A DNA stretch of 64,000 nt, taken from NCBI RefSeq assembly GCF_001194135.2, contig NC_069000.1:24093243-24157242 (forward strand). Direction: 5' to 3'. The position numbers and the translations under genes were made by a program. Every line of letters starts with the position of its first letter. The stretch's first letter is position 1. Below, one piece after another: positions 26,498 through 40,297 of the stretch. A model generated the notes under the pieces. That model saw only the letters and a list, made by a program, of their open reading frames with translations. It searched no databases and had not been told where the DNA came from. This stretch comes from Octopus bimaculoides (lineage: Eukaryota).

Positions 26498-27760
26498 GGG
26501 AATACTGGAAGCAGACAAAACAAAAAAATGAAGAAATTAAACAAACTACGAGTAGTGAGTACAGTCAAAGCTGAATTCCAAAAATCTTACTGAAGCAATA
26601 AATTCAAGAGTAGTACCCTTGATCAGATATGGAGTTGGAATTATAGACTGGACCAAAAATGATATAAAGAAACTTGACAGAAAAATCTAGGAAGTTATTG
26701 ATGATGTATGGAGCCCACCATCTGAAAGCAGATATCAACCAGCTGTACTTGAGGAGATACCAGGGTGGAAGAGGCTTAATAGCAGAAGAATGTGTACAGA
26801 TGGAAAAAAAAGTCTAGTAGAGTATTTACAGAGCAGCACAAAAAAAAACCCACTAAAGGCAGTCAATGAAAAAGAGACTATGAAGCACATAATAGGAGAA
26901 AAGGACAAGAATGAAATACAAAGAGAGCATGTCAAAAAGATCAAAGAGAAACCTCTGCATGGCCATTTTAAGGAGAGCCACTGAAGATGTATGTGGAACA
27001 AAATCCTGGGCTTGGTTAGAAAAGGGGCAATTAAAAAAAAAAGAAATAGCAAGCCTAATTGTAGCAACCCAGCATCAACCAATGAAAACAAACAATATAT
27101 ATGGAGAGAACGTATCAGAAAAATGTAGAATCTGTAGAACTTGGAATGAGATGGTGGCACAGGAAGAATATAAGAACTAGAGATATGACCAGGTTGTAAA
27201 AGTTATACACAAGAAACTGTGCCAGAAATGGGGATTTGAAGCTGGAAACATGTGATACAATCATTGAGTCGAAAGAGTATTGGAGTTGGAGATATGTAAG
27301 ATTTTGTGGGACTTTCCTATTCAAACGGACAAAAATTAAAAAAATAATAGACCAGACATAACAATTGTAGATAGTGAATAACAAAGTTGCTTACTTATCG
27401 ACCCATCTTGCCCATTTGATTCCAGTATTGTAAAGAGGAAGAAAAACAAAAAAACACAATCCCTTAAAGTTTGAAACAGGAAGAATTTGGAGTATGCGAA
27501 CAGAAATGGTCATGTCTATAATAATTGGTGTGTTGGAAACAGTAAGCCAAGATATAGACAAATGGCTGAAGGAGACTGAAACAGAATACCCGATATAGCT
27601 CTCTAGAAAGTTTGTCTTTTAGGGACAGCAAGAATTATCAGGAGGGTTCTAAGCACTTGAAAGACTGCTGGAAACTTGAGGATACGTATGGTTAAAAGTA
27701 GTAAACCTGCTATCCACATCATTCCTACCAGGAATAAGACTGAACCTGAGCCAAACCAAA
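26498..27760 (+). mobile_element. 5'-truncated R4/Dong-like non-LTR retrotransposon (RT thumb, zinc knuckle, restriction-like endonuclease), degraded
   Basis: Frames give INSRVVPLIRYGVGIIDWTKNDIKKLDRK, GAHHLKADINQLYLRRYQGGRGL, CRIC, ILWDFPIQTD..RPDI.IVD, LGTARIIRRVL. Flanked by (TAA)n. Confidence 0.85.
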
Positions 27761-28510
27761 ATAATAATAATAAAGCTTGAGTTGGCATCAATAGGATTTG
27801 AACTCACAAGCTCAGAAGTACTAAATCAGATACCATATAACAGCTAAGACATCTCTTTGTTTTCTGTGCTATTACTGCTAGTCTGACATAATCAAAGTCA
27901 TGACAATGTAGTTAAGAAGGCTAACATTGTAACTATGTGGTTTCAGGTTCAATTCCAGTGTTGTACCTTGGGCAAGTGTCTTCTATTGTGGCCTTGGATC
28001 AAATAGTCTTGTAAGTGAAATTTGCTAACATGGAAACTGTGGAAGCCTCTCAGAGAAGACATTTCTCTTCTTTAAATGCCATATTTAACCCTTCAGCATT
28101 TAAACCAGCCACATCCAGCCAAGATGTTCTACCTGTTTTATGCTCAAACCAGCCAGGTCCAGCCTCTCACACCTACCCTGCAATGTTTGTCTCAAAAAAT
28201 ATAGTCAAACCATCAAAATCTCAAAGCTACAAGATAATATATGATTAATTAGAAACAATGTGAATAAATAAGAATTAAATTTGATAGAATAATCTGAGTG
28301 CTAAAGAATTAAACTGTCAATGAGTTCAACACCATCATGTAGCCCTTAGGTGCTACAATTGCACATACTAATGCAAACATTTGAGTAAATCCTCTCATCT
28401 GAGGATAACTCCCTCCTTTCTTTCCACCTGTCTTAGAGGTACTCAAAAAGGTGAAAGTTACTAACTTTTCTTTTCTAAGTCATGCAAAAGAAAAAGTAAC
28501 AATGTCTAAC

Positions 28511-28711
28511 CTGTTTAGCAGTTGCTGTATATTGTTGTTTCTCTTCCTTGCCTAGATTTGCCCACAGGTCACCCAAAATGCGACTTATGCTGCGGTTGTC
28601 CAAATTTGGGTGTTTACTTCGAACCATACTCCGATGGCGTTTGCAAAAGATGAAAAATGAATTCATTGGGCGCCGTGCCTCCCTACGGTCGGCTAAACCT
28701 TCCATAGTTAC
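28511..28711 (-). CDS. BBX: BBX/bobby-sox-like HMG-box transcription factor, first coding exon (HMG box helices)
   Basis: Translation VTMEGLADRREARRPMNSFFIFCKRHRSMVRSKHPNLDNRSISRILGDLWANLGKEEKQQYTATAKQ is a sequence-specific HMG box of the BBX type (RRPMN-F--FCKRHR, HP-LDNR). Acceptor tttttgttacag| precedes 28711; donor CAG|GTTAG follows 28511 (phase 0). Likely ATG at 28705. Confidence 0.93.
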
Positions 28712-28771
28712 CTGTAACAAAAAAATGTGTAATGATTAACATACAGTTTATTTTAATCACATCAAAGTTTA

Positions 28772-28829
<58 letters not shown>

Positions 28830-28834
<5 letters not shown>

Positions 28835-29195
28835 TGCAAGCTTGTCTATGTAGTAAGAAGCTTGCCTCCCAACCACATGGTTCCAGGTTCAGTTCCACTG
28901 CGTGGCACCTTCTACTATAGCCTCAGGCTGATCAAAGCCTTGTGAGTGGATTTGGTAGATGGAAACTGAAAGAAGCATGTCATGTGTAGGTATATGAGTG
29001 TGTCCTCCCCCTTCACTGCCTGGCAACCAGTGTTGGTGTGTTTACATCCCTGTAATTTAGCGATTTGGCAAAAGACACTGATAGAATAAGTATTAAGCTT
29101 TAAAAGAATAAGTCCTAGGATCGATTAGTTCAACAAAAACCCTTCAAGGTTGTGCCCCAGTATAGCCAAAGTCTAATGACTGAAACATATAAAAG
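28830..29195 (+). mobile_element. Abundant tRNA-derived SINE family (aagcttgcttcccaaccac...ggatttggtagacggaaactgaaagaag)
   Basis: Other copies at about 3655-3780, 7945-8330, 19640-19755(-), 27900-28050, 29640-29790, 34935-35065(-), 41065-41200(-), 43255-43390(-), 47540-47810, 51870-52025(-). Confidence 0.85.
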
Positions 29196-31247
29196 ATATA
29201 TGAATAGAATCAACTTTATCATCTTTTCTAAATCAATACAATAAATATCAAATATCAATCTTCATCATATTATGTTGGATTTTTCAAACCGGCATGGGTT
29301 GGATGGATTCTAACACTTGCAGTGGCCCTTCATCACCCAGCACATTCAGCAACAGAGCAAACCTGACAATCTTTTGTTCTGGAGCATCATGTTTTCTTTT
29401 CAGAATAAGTTTTATGATTTGATGTCCTTTCTGTCACCAACCATTTTAAACTGTAGACTGGATGTATCTTATTGTACAACCAGTACCAGAGAGGCTATCT
29501 GTAACTATGTATCAGATTTTATTCAGAATTTATAGACATACACTCAATAGAAACTGCTTATTATATTCAGAGATAATGTTATCAAAAGGGTATTGTTATC
29601 TAAAAGGCTCTCCAAAGCTGTTCACAATAAGAACCTTATGGCTGTGTGGTTAAGGAGTTTGCTTCCCAACCACTTGGTTCTGGTTTCAGTCTCACTGTGT
29701 GGTACTGAGACAAGTGTCTTCTAGAGCTCCAGGTTGACCAAAGCCTTGTGAATGGATTTGGTTAAGGGAAACTGAAAGAAACTTGTCATAAGAATAGTAT
29801 AAAACATGGATTCAAAGACTTGTGTGGCTACCACAGTAAGCTTCCCATACAAAATCGGTTATCAGTCTACATCAGTAATCAATTACAATGTAGTGCAATG
29901 TAGTATGTTTGTTTAACTGATTATCCAGAAAATATGAATGTTTTGAATGAGCTGAATTGTAGTTGTAAACATGATATTCATGTGACCTGATGAGTTAGTT
30001 TTCTTTATTTACATAAATTTGTGGATACACAATTGTACTGTATAATGCTGAGTGTAGATACTGATGCAAAACATGATTTTGCATATTGAAATTAATACGA
30101 CATGAAGGTAACAAAATGGCTGTAATCATATGGATAAATAAATCTATCTTCACCTCTTATACCTCCTGATTTTATGCTTCACATATACATATATGTATGC
30201 AGGTGTGTATGATTTTGTGTTTTCTTGACTAGACTTCACATAATTGTTGTAAATGAGTGTCATGCTTTTAGCTTTACAATTACCAGAGTTACAGACTGAA
30301 ATATCTCAACACAAACCTGACCGTGTGTGTATGTGTATATAGATGCATTTCAGGTCAGCTGTGAGTGCTATTGGTAGCATGCAATCCGGTATGACTTGGT
30401 ACAGAGTCAGGTCATTTGTTTTTAAACTGGTCCCCTCACAAGGATAACCTGGCAAAGAGGATTGCTAGAAAACCAGCAAGACAAAAAGAAAACTTGCCAA
30501 TAAAATATGACTCCAGTATAGGGTTAAAGGCTAACTAGCATGAATATGAAAGGATAAAGAAATACTTAAGATAGTGAAGGAGTGTGCTGGAAGAGCATGG
30601 AAAGTGACATAGAGACTTCTGCTCTTCAGCTACATAGGTAACTTGTCTAGGAGAGGATTACTCTGAATAAAAAATCTAGTAGGTAAAGCCAATGTAATCT
30701 TTGTTTGCAACCATTTGTAATACCCAATGTAGCATTTGCTTTCACTTTTATAATTTTAAGGATGGCTAAATAAGCCATACTTTGCTTCTTTTAGGAATAT
30801 CTTAGACCTTGTCCATGTACAGATGTTATTTTGCAGCTCAATAAAAAGTAATGGTTCCACTCATTATGAGGTTTTAAAAATGCACCCAACATGTTTGGGG
30901 TGCTGATGATGTTGCCAGTGTGTCCTGAAAATGTTGACTTAGGACATTTGTTTGTACTCATGGCTTTATTCAAAGATGAGAAGAGTGTGTTACTGCAGAC
31001 TCTTCCAACGGTTCTTATTTCTTTGAAGGACTGCTATGAACATCCAAAATTTACCCCATCTCACAACACTTGAATTTATTTTACACTGATGAATTTTACT
31101 AACCTTTTATTTTCAGATGCAAATTATCAAGAGTTTGTAAGATTCAAGTCCTTCTTCCTCAAGTTAAGTCTATCCCTCCCTTTTTACTGAGTAAAGTTAA
31201 GATATACTGGCCATATATTACATCATAAAGTGAGCAACTATTCCTAA

Positions 31248-31581
31248 GGCGCGTGGCTCAGTGGTTAGAACGTCGAGCTTACAATCGCGAGGTTGTGAGT
31301 TTGATTCCCGGACCGGGCTGCGTGTTGTGTTCTTGAGCAAGACACTTTATTTCACGTTGCTCCAGTTCACTCAGCTGCAGAAATGGGTTGCGACGTCACT
31401 GGTTTCAAGCTGTATTGGCCTTTGCCTTTCCCTTGGATAACATCAGTGGTGTAAAGAGGAGAGGCTGGTATGCATGGGTGACTGCTGGCCTTCCACAAAC
31501 AACCTTGCCTGGACTTGTGCCTCGGAGGGTAACTTTCTAGGTGCAATCCCATGATCATTCATGACCGATGGGGGTCTCCTC
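31248..31581 (+). mobile_element. Full-length tRNA-derived SINE with target-site duplication; second copy about 47181-47500
   Basis: A box TGGCTCAGTGG (31254), B-box-like GAGTTTGATTCC (31297), central cttgagcaagacacttt domain, 8-bp TSD ATTCCTAA (31240-31247 / 31582-31589). Confidence 0.85.
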
Positions 31582-34059
31582 ATTCCTAACCAAACTCTCC
31601 AATCTAATCTTTTAAAATGTTATTCTCAAGAATGATAACTCCTCTAACCCTGACTGTGAGTGTCCTACTAGATTCATTTCTCCCATCTTAAAAGTGATAG
31701 AAACAGCCACTTACAATCACCTTCTTTAAAACCTTGACTCTCTCCTTTCTCAGTGACCATTAGGGCTGCTTTTGTAAAGCTACATCTACTGAAGACTTGG
31801 TCTCCATTGTCACTTCACCATAGGCTCTCACTATTGAGAAATTGGTGAAGACACTATTGTTTCTCTTAACACAAATCTGGCAAAACATCTCACTTAAAAG
31901 CTCCACCTCTCTCTCTTTTGCTCAGATTAGTGACTTCCTGTCAGATTGTACCATGATAGTGTGTACTGATGATGGAGAACATGGAGAGTATTTGGTGAAT
32001 TTGGCCATTGTGCTCAGTTGCAAAGGCATGATGTGATATCCACATTCAAACTATATATGCCATATCTGCTCTGACTCCATGAACAAGGATTGCAAAAAGA
32101 AAAAAAAAATTAAGTTGTGTCACCCTTGTTTCCTTCAACAGCACAAAGTCCCAATTACTGCACATATCAAGAAAACATTATCACACTCTACCCTACTAAA
32201 TATGAATAGCATACTAGAACTATCAAAGTTGCTACTAAGGCTCAGCTTCACTGTCACTGAGGATCTCCTGGTGAACACCCACCTTCATCATAATCAGAAT
32301 TGCATCACAAAGACTGCTCTCCCTCTTCAGAGCCAAAAAAATACTTGTCTTTAATAATTACTCTCTACAAAGCTCAGATGAGGCTCACAATGGATGATGG
32401 CTGCAAGTGCTGTTTGTAATGCAGTTTGCACTATTTACATAGTAATGTGATCTTTAGACTGGCTTTGTTGCACATGGAAGGAATTAATGTGTGAATAATT
32501 TGTACATATTTTGAATACTTTGCCATTTTTCAAGGTATGTGACAGAAAGATTGTGAGCTCAGACAGGTTTGTGATTACCCTTATGTACAGTTTACAATCT
32601 AATACTATATTTTTGTATTTGTAAAATTAGTGTCAGCTTTATTTTCTTTAGTTTGGTTAACCCATTAGCATTCAAACTGGCCAGATCTGGCCTCTCACAC
32701 CTACCCTACAATGTCATTCTAGAAAATAAATGATCACATCATCAAAATCTCAAAGCTACAAGATAATGAATGATAGATTTAAAACAATGTGAATAAATAA
32801 GCATTAATAATATAGTTGTTTAGTACCAGGTCAGTTCTAGTATAACAAACATATGCTCAAAGATGTTCTAGCCATGAGCATAAAGTCATTTTCCTCCTCA
32901 GATAGTGCATCAAGGACTACATTATCTAGTGTGTTCTTTCTTTTTTAAGATTGTAGGATGTGATTTGAGGGAGACTTGGATGCGGTATGTAACAGATTGA
33001 GTGACTACATAGTGGTTCCTTTGTTGGCTCTTAAGATTTGACAGGTTTTGAATTCAGGCAGTTTGATCCTGATGTGTCCAACCGCACAGCACAAACAACT
33101 ACAGGCAGTTCTTCCTCTCTAGACCATCATCTCTCCGGAATTCCCTACTTGCATGTCTATCTTGTATTTCATTGGAATGCAAATATTCAAATGCAAAGTT
33201 AACATCAACTTCACTTGCCAGTCTTTGAGTGCTTTTTCCAGATTAATCTAGATTAGAAAACTCTAAACTAACAGACTAAAGAGATATCATTACCATATAA
33301 TATTCACATCTTGCCTTTGCAATTGAGCACAATGGTTAAATACACCAAATACCCTGATCCATCATCAACAGTCACAGCACCACTGTTCTCCATCATCATC
33401 TTGACCATGGTTTTAGAAGAAAACCTATAGTTCATCTTCCCCTGGGTCAGTGTTGGTTTGCAGGTAAATATGAATGTAATAAGTAGTACTTAGAAAGTTG
33501 CAGCCATCTTTTTTGCTGTAACAACTGAAGGAGACATCCATAGTTATTGGTGACTTGTTTTGTCCCACTGATGTTGAAGGCTATCTGGAGACCCTTTAAT
33601 TAAATAGTTGCAGTCATGTCTATTCAAGCAGATTGCAGTTATTCAAAGTATATAAGCATATAACGTAGAAGTAGTTGATAGAATGCTAAAGAGTGACTGA
33701 AAAGATGGCTTCTTTATATATTTTTATGACTTTGTTAGAAGATCAAAAACAACATTCATGACTGTATTAAGGAACACCAAAGCTGTAGGGAGAAAGTTAC
33801 CCAGAGACTCAGTATCTAGCCTATAAATATATTCACAGAATGTTCAGGTTAAATTTGATGATTTTTATGTCACCTTTTTTCAAGAACAGCTTGTTGTATG
33901 GATGAACAGTCAACAGCATTGGAGAGCATTTGAGAAAAAGTTAGCAGACACGGAGGACTAAAATCTATCTTGAATATTAGAAAAGAGTTACCCATATCAT
34001 GATGATTCATGCCAAGCATCAAAATGTCAACATTGTGACTGCAACTCAATGCTCTATGA

Positions 34060-34690
34060 AAACTAAAGACTAATATGTGACATGGACAACATGAAAACCA
34101 AGTTCCCCAAAACTATGATGGTCTTTGGGTATGTCTCCAGTGAGGGGGATGACATGTCGTCCCACATCTCTGAACAGGGCCTTAGGCTCAGTTCCGATGG
34201 CAATGTGCAGCTGCTGTAGACTATAGTCAAACCCTAGCTGGAGAGGGTTGCTACTGGAAGGCAATATGCATGGTAGCAGGATTCAGTTTCTTGCCATACC
34301 TCCAGAAAGAATCAGAAGTAGATGTCAGAGAATCTCTATGACTCCACCAACTCCAATTTCTGGCCTCCTAATTCCCCCGATTACAATTCCATGGATTATT
34401 ACGTGTGGGCTGCTATCGAGAAAGGACCAACCATTCTGCTTGAATCACTAAGGTTGGTAGCCAAATCAAGGAGGTTTTGAAAGATCTTGCCTGGGAAACA
34501 TGTGGCAGATTTGGAGCTATCTTGAGGCTGTGGTGAAAGCTGAGGTTGGGTACTTTGAGTAAACTGTTATCTCCTGGCCATAATCTAATTAATATTTTTT
34601 GTTCTTTTAAAATACTTTTTATCTTTGGATGGGATATTGTTTTCTTTTCCTTTTATGCAAACTGTCAAATTTAGCCCAAACACCCTGAAC
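34060..34690 (+). mobile_element. Degraded Tc1/mariner-superfamily (maT-like) transposase fragment
   Basis: Reads TMMVFGYVSSEG..., W.QDSVSCHTSRK, FWPPNSPDYNSMDYYVWA, with stops. Confidence 0.75.
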
Positions 34691-35599
34691 TTCATCATGA
34701 AAATAAATATTTATTCAAATGTTACATTTGGCATTTTTTTTTTTGTCACAATGCCTTCCTGACATTTCATAAATTGTATTTCCAGTTACTGGCAACCATT
34801 AAGCTTGCCTTTTTATCTTTTGTTCCTTACCTAACAACAGAGTTTAGTATGCTAAAGACACTCATGAGCCAGGTGATGGGTTGTATACCAACCAAAAACA
34901 CTTTTTCTCGTGGATTTCCCCCCAGTTTCCATCTTCTAAATTTTACTCACAAGGTTTCAGTTGACCCAGGGCTAAAGCAGATGTCACTTGCCCAAGGTAC
35001 CACAGTGGGACTGAACCACAAAGTCACATAGTTGTGAAGTAAACTTCTTAACCACAGTCATGCCCATCCAATATAATAACTAATTCTGTGTTGGTGTGAA
35101 TGGAGCCTTTTTTTTTTTAATTGTTTTCAAGTTTTTTTCTTTTTAAAATTTTATTTTTGGTCAAGATGTTTTAACATACTGGTGTAGATAGGTTAAACAT
35201 TTTCATTTGTCAAATAGACTATGCCAGGTGTTATTCCATTGCTGACTCAAATAACTTCAGTTCTGTTAAAAAAGTTAATAAAAAATAAAAAAATTTTTAA
35301 AATGCTACTGTCAGTGAGGAACTTCCTAGATATATCTTATTACATAAAAATAATTTGGGTTGAGTGCACAACCAGCTAGTGGTCATCACCATACCGAATT
35401 TTGCCATTACAAAGTTAGTGGACGGTAACTTAAAATCTCAGTCACAGCTGGAGCATCTTGCCAGGCTAAGACCAGGTCGTTTAATGTTATGAAGTTTAGA
35501 AATATAAAAACATCACACTAAGCATATTTGATAAAAACCTTCAGCAAAATCCAGGTGTGGATATAGCTTTCTTAGAAGATTTAACTTAAAGAAATTACA

Positions 35600-36081
35600 A
35601 AATAAATCCATAAAAACATGTATAAGTAATAACATAAACGGACACGATAAAGAGAAATTAGTTTAATCTATTGAGATACTATGTAATACATCAAAATGCT
35701 CTCGTTAAATGCAATGCCGTATACAAACATATTTGACATGAATAATAGATCAGAACTCAGTAATATCTATAAATTGTGTTTTGTTTCATTCTCAAATTTT
35801 CCATTTATAAATACGTGTGTTTAAATGAAATGAAAAAAAAAAAGAAAAAAAAAACGAGAACGTGTGCAAACATTATTGGTAAACTAACGCATACACATTA
35901 TATACACACATATATATGCTAAACAAACATTAAGCTAGGTAGGAAACATTATTAAAGGTGTTGAGTTTAATACTGAAAGTTACGTTGAAACTTTAATTAA
36001 CAATGTCGTGGAGATGTTTTGAAAGACTGACATTACAATTTATAAAATGCTTAAAAGGAATCGTGAAGGCGAAATGCATAT

Positions 36082-36116
<35 letters not shown>

Positions 36117-37991
36117 CATTTGTATACAAATTTTTTTCATGGCTAAAAACATACTTTCAAAACATAAAGAAAAAAACTTAGTCTTGGACACTATTATAAC
36201 CTATTATAATTATTATTTCAATTACAGAAAGAACACTGTTGGATCGAACAGAGCATAAAAATAAAATAAAACTAGTAACATTGAAACAAGTATTTAAATA
36301 ACGATGATGGCTACAATCATTATTTTTATTATGCTTGTGACCAACGTACTTGTGCTTCGATTTTACATATTACAAAAACCACAATTACCATTGTCACTAC
36401 AAGCAATTATTATTGTTCGTGTTTGCCGAGAAAAGTTTACCGATAAGAGATTTCTACTTTTCTTTTTCGTAATTCATAAAATACATATTTTCAACTGTTG
36501 TCTTTCAAGTTAACGAAGGAATCGCTTGCTCAATAACACAAATACAACATTTAAAAAAGAAAAAGAAACGACATCAATAACAAAAAGCAAGATTGAAGAA
36601 GAGCTAGAAAAAGATTTGAAACTACTTACGGAAATCTACAAACAGATTCCGACAGAACTTAGAACAGAGGAAAGCCGAACCATTTTATTCCGTTTCAATA
36701 AAGCAACTGTTTTCTAGCGTGAACCCCCTTCCTCTCCTCCATTGCTACGTCGGGTGTGTGTGTGAGTGTGCGTGTGTGTGTGCGTGCGCACATGTGTATG
36801 CATGCGTGTACGTACGAATGAGTGTGTAAGAGGGAAAGAAAGAGAGAGAGAAAGTGTGTGTTCCTTCAGTGAATGAAAGAGCAGATATAAAGTACCCAGT
36901 GGGTCAGTTTGGTGTAGAGAAGAGCCACACCATTCTTTTGCTACCATTATAAAAACGAGCTAACAAGGGAACCTATGTGGTCGCTAAAAATAGCAGTTAA
37001 GTTCCTCTTAACTAATAATACTCTACCGTTTTAAAAACATCTAAGACTACATTAAATAATGTTTATTAGACACACAGTACCTGAAAAAAAAAAAAAAGAC
37101 AGGACGGTCATTTTGGAATGTCTTCTGTTCAATTAGTGTCGACATGGAGCTGGACAATAACAATAACAACCATTATGAAAACGGTTATGTTTTTAAGTGG
37201 GACACACGCATCTATTATAGGGATAAAAAAAGAGAGAGATAGAGATAGAGGTAAGCCGGAGAAAAAGATAGGTAAACATTTGTAATGGTGATGATGGTTG
37301 CGGCGAAGATTAGCAGTTTGTGAGTAGTTGATAAGAATTATAATGACATACAGACACGGAGAAAGAAGAGTAGAAAAGAAAAATAAGAGAGTGAAAGATC
37401 GCCAACGTGTTATATGGCTGACAACACGAAAACAACACAAACAACTCATAACATACACGTTTAGATCAGAAATGAGCAAGGTAGACCAATTCGATTGAGC
37501 TTACCCCTATCCCCCATACCAATGTCACCGCTTCCCATTTATACACAAATTCATATACGAACGCAAACTAACGGATCGAAGTTAGTATACACAACATTTT
37601 TGTTAGAATATTTTCCCCTTTATTGACGTTTCCACGAAATTGATATTAGAAATATCACAAACGGCGACACATATACGTAGATATTTAATTTTTCTCTTTA
37701 TCCATTCTCTCTTCTCACTCAACCTTTGTATGTATATGCATGTATGCATATGTGTGTATGGAAGAAGAGAGGAAAGAGTGAGGGTTAAAATAAAGAGAAA
37801 ATTGACATGAGAGGGGGATAAGGAGGCGGTGTAGAGGAAAGCAAGAGAAAGATAGAGAGGAGGGAGACAGGAAGAGTAAAAGTGTCAAAGAGTTAGTCAA
37901 AGAGTAAAAATTAGCGATTAGGCAGAGATATTCTAAATCCAACAATTATATATATATCCTTGATAAGTGTCAGTGTGTATGTATGTGTGTG

Positions 37992-38065
<74 letters not shown>

Positions 38066-39080
38066 TTGATAAGAGTCAATGGACGAAACTCTCGGCCCTT
38101 AAATCACTAACTTCTACTGATTATTAATTATGTATACTCATGATTTCAGTTTTATTTTCCTGCTTGCATCACCAAATCTCTCTCCATATATATATGTGTG
38201 TGTGTGTGTGTGTAGAGGAAAAATATAAGTGAAAAATAGGAAGACACTGAGGAAAACAAAATGTAAATGTGAAGAAAAGAACAGATTATGCAAGTGAGAG
38301 AGTGAGAAAAGACAGAGCGAACGAAAATATGAGAGAATGAAAGAACGAGAAAATGAAAATAGAAAAATATTTATAGTTTTTTTTTTAATAGACTGAAAGC
38401 GATGAATACAGTGTGTAATAATGGAGAAAGAATAACTTAAAGCAAAATATTATATAAAACAAGAAAATGAATTGTGAAATTGCGAGCAAAGTAGATAGGT
38501 AATATATATATATATATATATATAAACTAAACTAAATCACGAAACGAAGGAAACCGACAAGAAGTTTCAGGCCATGAAAACAAATTAAATAGCCATTCAT
38601 CTAAATTTCTAAGAGCTTTATTATTTCTACGAGAGAGAGAATGACGGTTAGTTTATTAATGCCTGGGGTTTCATTTACTAAATTATGGCCGGCCGAAGAC
38701 ATTAGGTAAATAAATAGAGGTTGAAAGAAGGAACAGACTAAACAGCACGCAGAAATATAACATTTGATTCTGTGACTGCATTACAGATACGCATAATAAT
38801 TTATCTGTCTTTCGCACACCACACACACACACACACACACACATACATACATACATATACATATATATATATATATATATGTGACTCCCGTCGAAGACGA
38901 CGTATGAGTGTTCAGCAAAAAGACAGAAACACACACACAAACAAATATACTTGAATAGATACGTTAACACATACCTGTACGTATTATACAGGTCGAATAA
39001 ACACTGCAACTGACCAATACTTAACTTTACATACATAAGATTATCATACACAGGATAAGAGTGTGTGTGCATGTGTGAGA

Positions 39081-39123
<43 letters not shown>

Positions 39124-39400
39124 CATCTAACATCCGTTTTACGTGCTGGCATGGGTTAAGCACACACACACAAATATATTACATACATATCTTTTATCTT
39201 TATCTTTTACTTGTTTCCTTCATTAGACTGCGGCTATGCTGGGACACCACCCTGAAGAATTTTTAGTCGAATGAATCGATTCCAATACTTTTTATTTAAG
39301 CCTGGTACTTATTTTATCGACCATTTTTGCCGAACCGCTAGATAACGGGGACGTAAAAACACCATCACCAGTTGACACGCGGTGGTGGTGTGGTGAACAC
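35600..39400. promoter_or_regulatory. CpG-rich, TE-poor probable promoter/regulatory region of BBX
   Basis: CG dinucleotides are visibly frequent here (e.g. gctacgtcggg, tgcgtgcgc, cgtacgaa) but rare in non-repeat DNA at 1-35 kb. Judged by eye, not counted. Confidence 0.5.
36630..36720 (-). other. Candidate non-coding first (5' UTR) exon of BBX
   Basis: Consensus donor TTCC|GTAAGT at 36629-36624 inside a CpG-rich, TE-free island upstream of the first coding exon. The 5' boundary is approximate. Confidence 0.4.
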
Positions 39401-40297
39401 ACACACACATCATCATCATCATTTAACGTCCGTTGTCCATGCTAGCATGGGCTGGACGGTTTGACCAGGGCTGTAAGCTNNNNNNNNNNNNNNNNNNNNN
39501 NNNNNNNNNNNNNNNNNNNNNNNNNNNNNGGGGGGGGGGGCTGCACCTGATTCGTCTAATTTGGCATGGTTTCTACAGCTGGATGCCCTTCCTAATGCCA
39601 GCTACTCCGAGAGTGCAATGGGAGCTTTTATGTGCCACCAGCACAAGTGTCACTTTGCATGACACCAATATCTCTCACAATTAATTTCACTTGGCTTGAG
39701 AAGTCTTCTCAAGCATTGCATATTGCCAAAGGTCTTGGTCATTTGTCGTTGCCTCCATGAGGTCCAACGTTCAGAAGGTGCATTTTATAAGCCACTGGTA
39801 CAGGTGCTAGTTACACGACACCAGCATCAGCCACATTGATTCTGTGAGGACCAACGCTTGAAAGGTGCTTTTACATGCCACTGGCACAGGTACCAGTTAC
39901 GCAACAATGACCACAGTTATGATTTCACTTGGCTGGGGGGGGGGTCTTCTCAAGCATAGCACATCAAAGATCTCGGTCACTAGTCATTGCCTCCATGAAG
40001 CTCAACATCTGAAGATCATGCTTCACCACCTTGTCCCATGTCTTCCCGGGTCTCCCCCTTCCATCACTTCCTTCCACTGATAGAGATTGGCACTTCTTCA
40101 CCCAACTGTCCACATCCATACGCATCACATGACTGTACCAACACAGTCATCTCTCTTGCACTCCACATCTGATGACTCTTATGCCCAGCTTTTCTCTCAA
40201 GACGTTTACACTGTCATACATGCACATTGACATTGCACATCCAGCCAAGCATACTAGCTTCATTTCTTTCAAGCCTAAGCATGTCCTTGGCAGTCAC

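Noticed and set aside
30900-30935. TGATGA...CTGA resembling box C/D snoRNA boxes
   Set aside because: The boxes are only about 15 nt apart and there is no terminal stem.
31248-31325. tRNA-like sequence with A and B boxes
   Set aside because: No clean cloverleaf or acceptor stem; it continues into a SINE body bounded by an 8-bp TSD, so it is a SINE head, not a tRNA gene.
36526-36717. Charged 63-aa plus-strand ORF (KSKIEEELEKDLKLL...)
   Set aside because: Starts at TTG, has no homology or splice support, and is antisense to the T-rich putative BBX leader.
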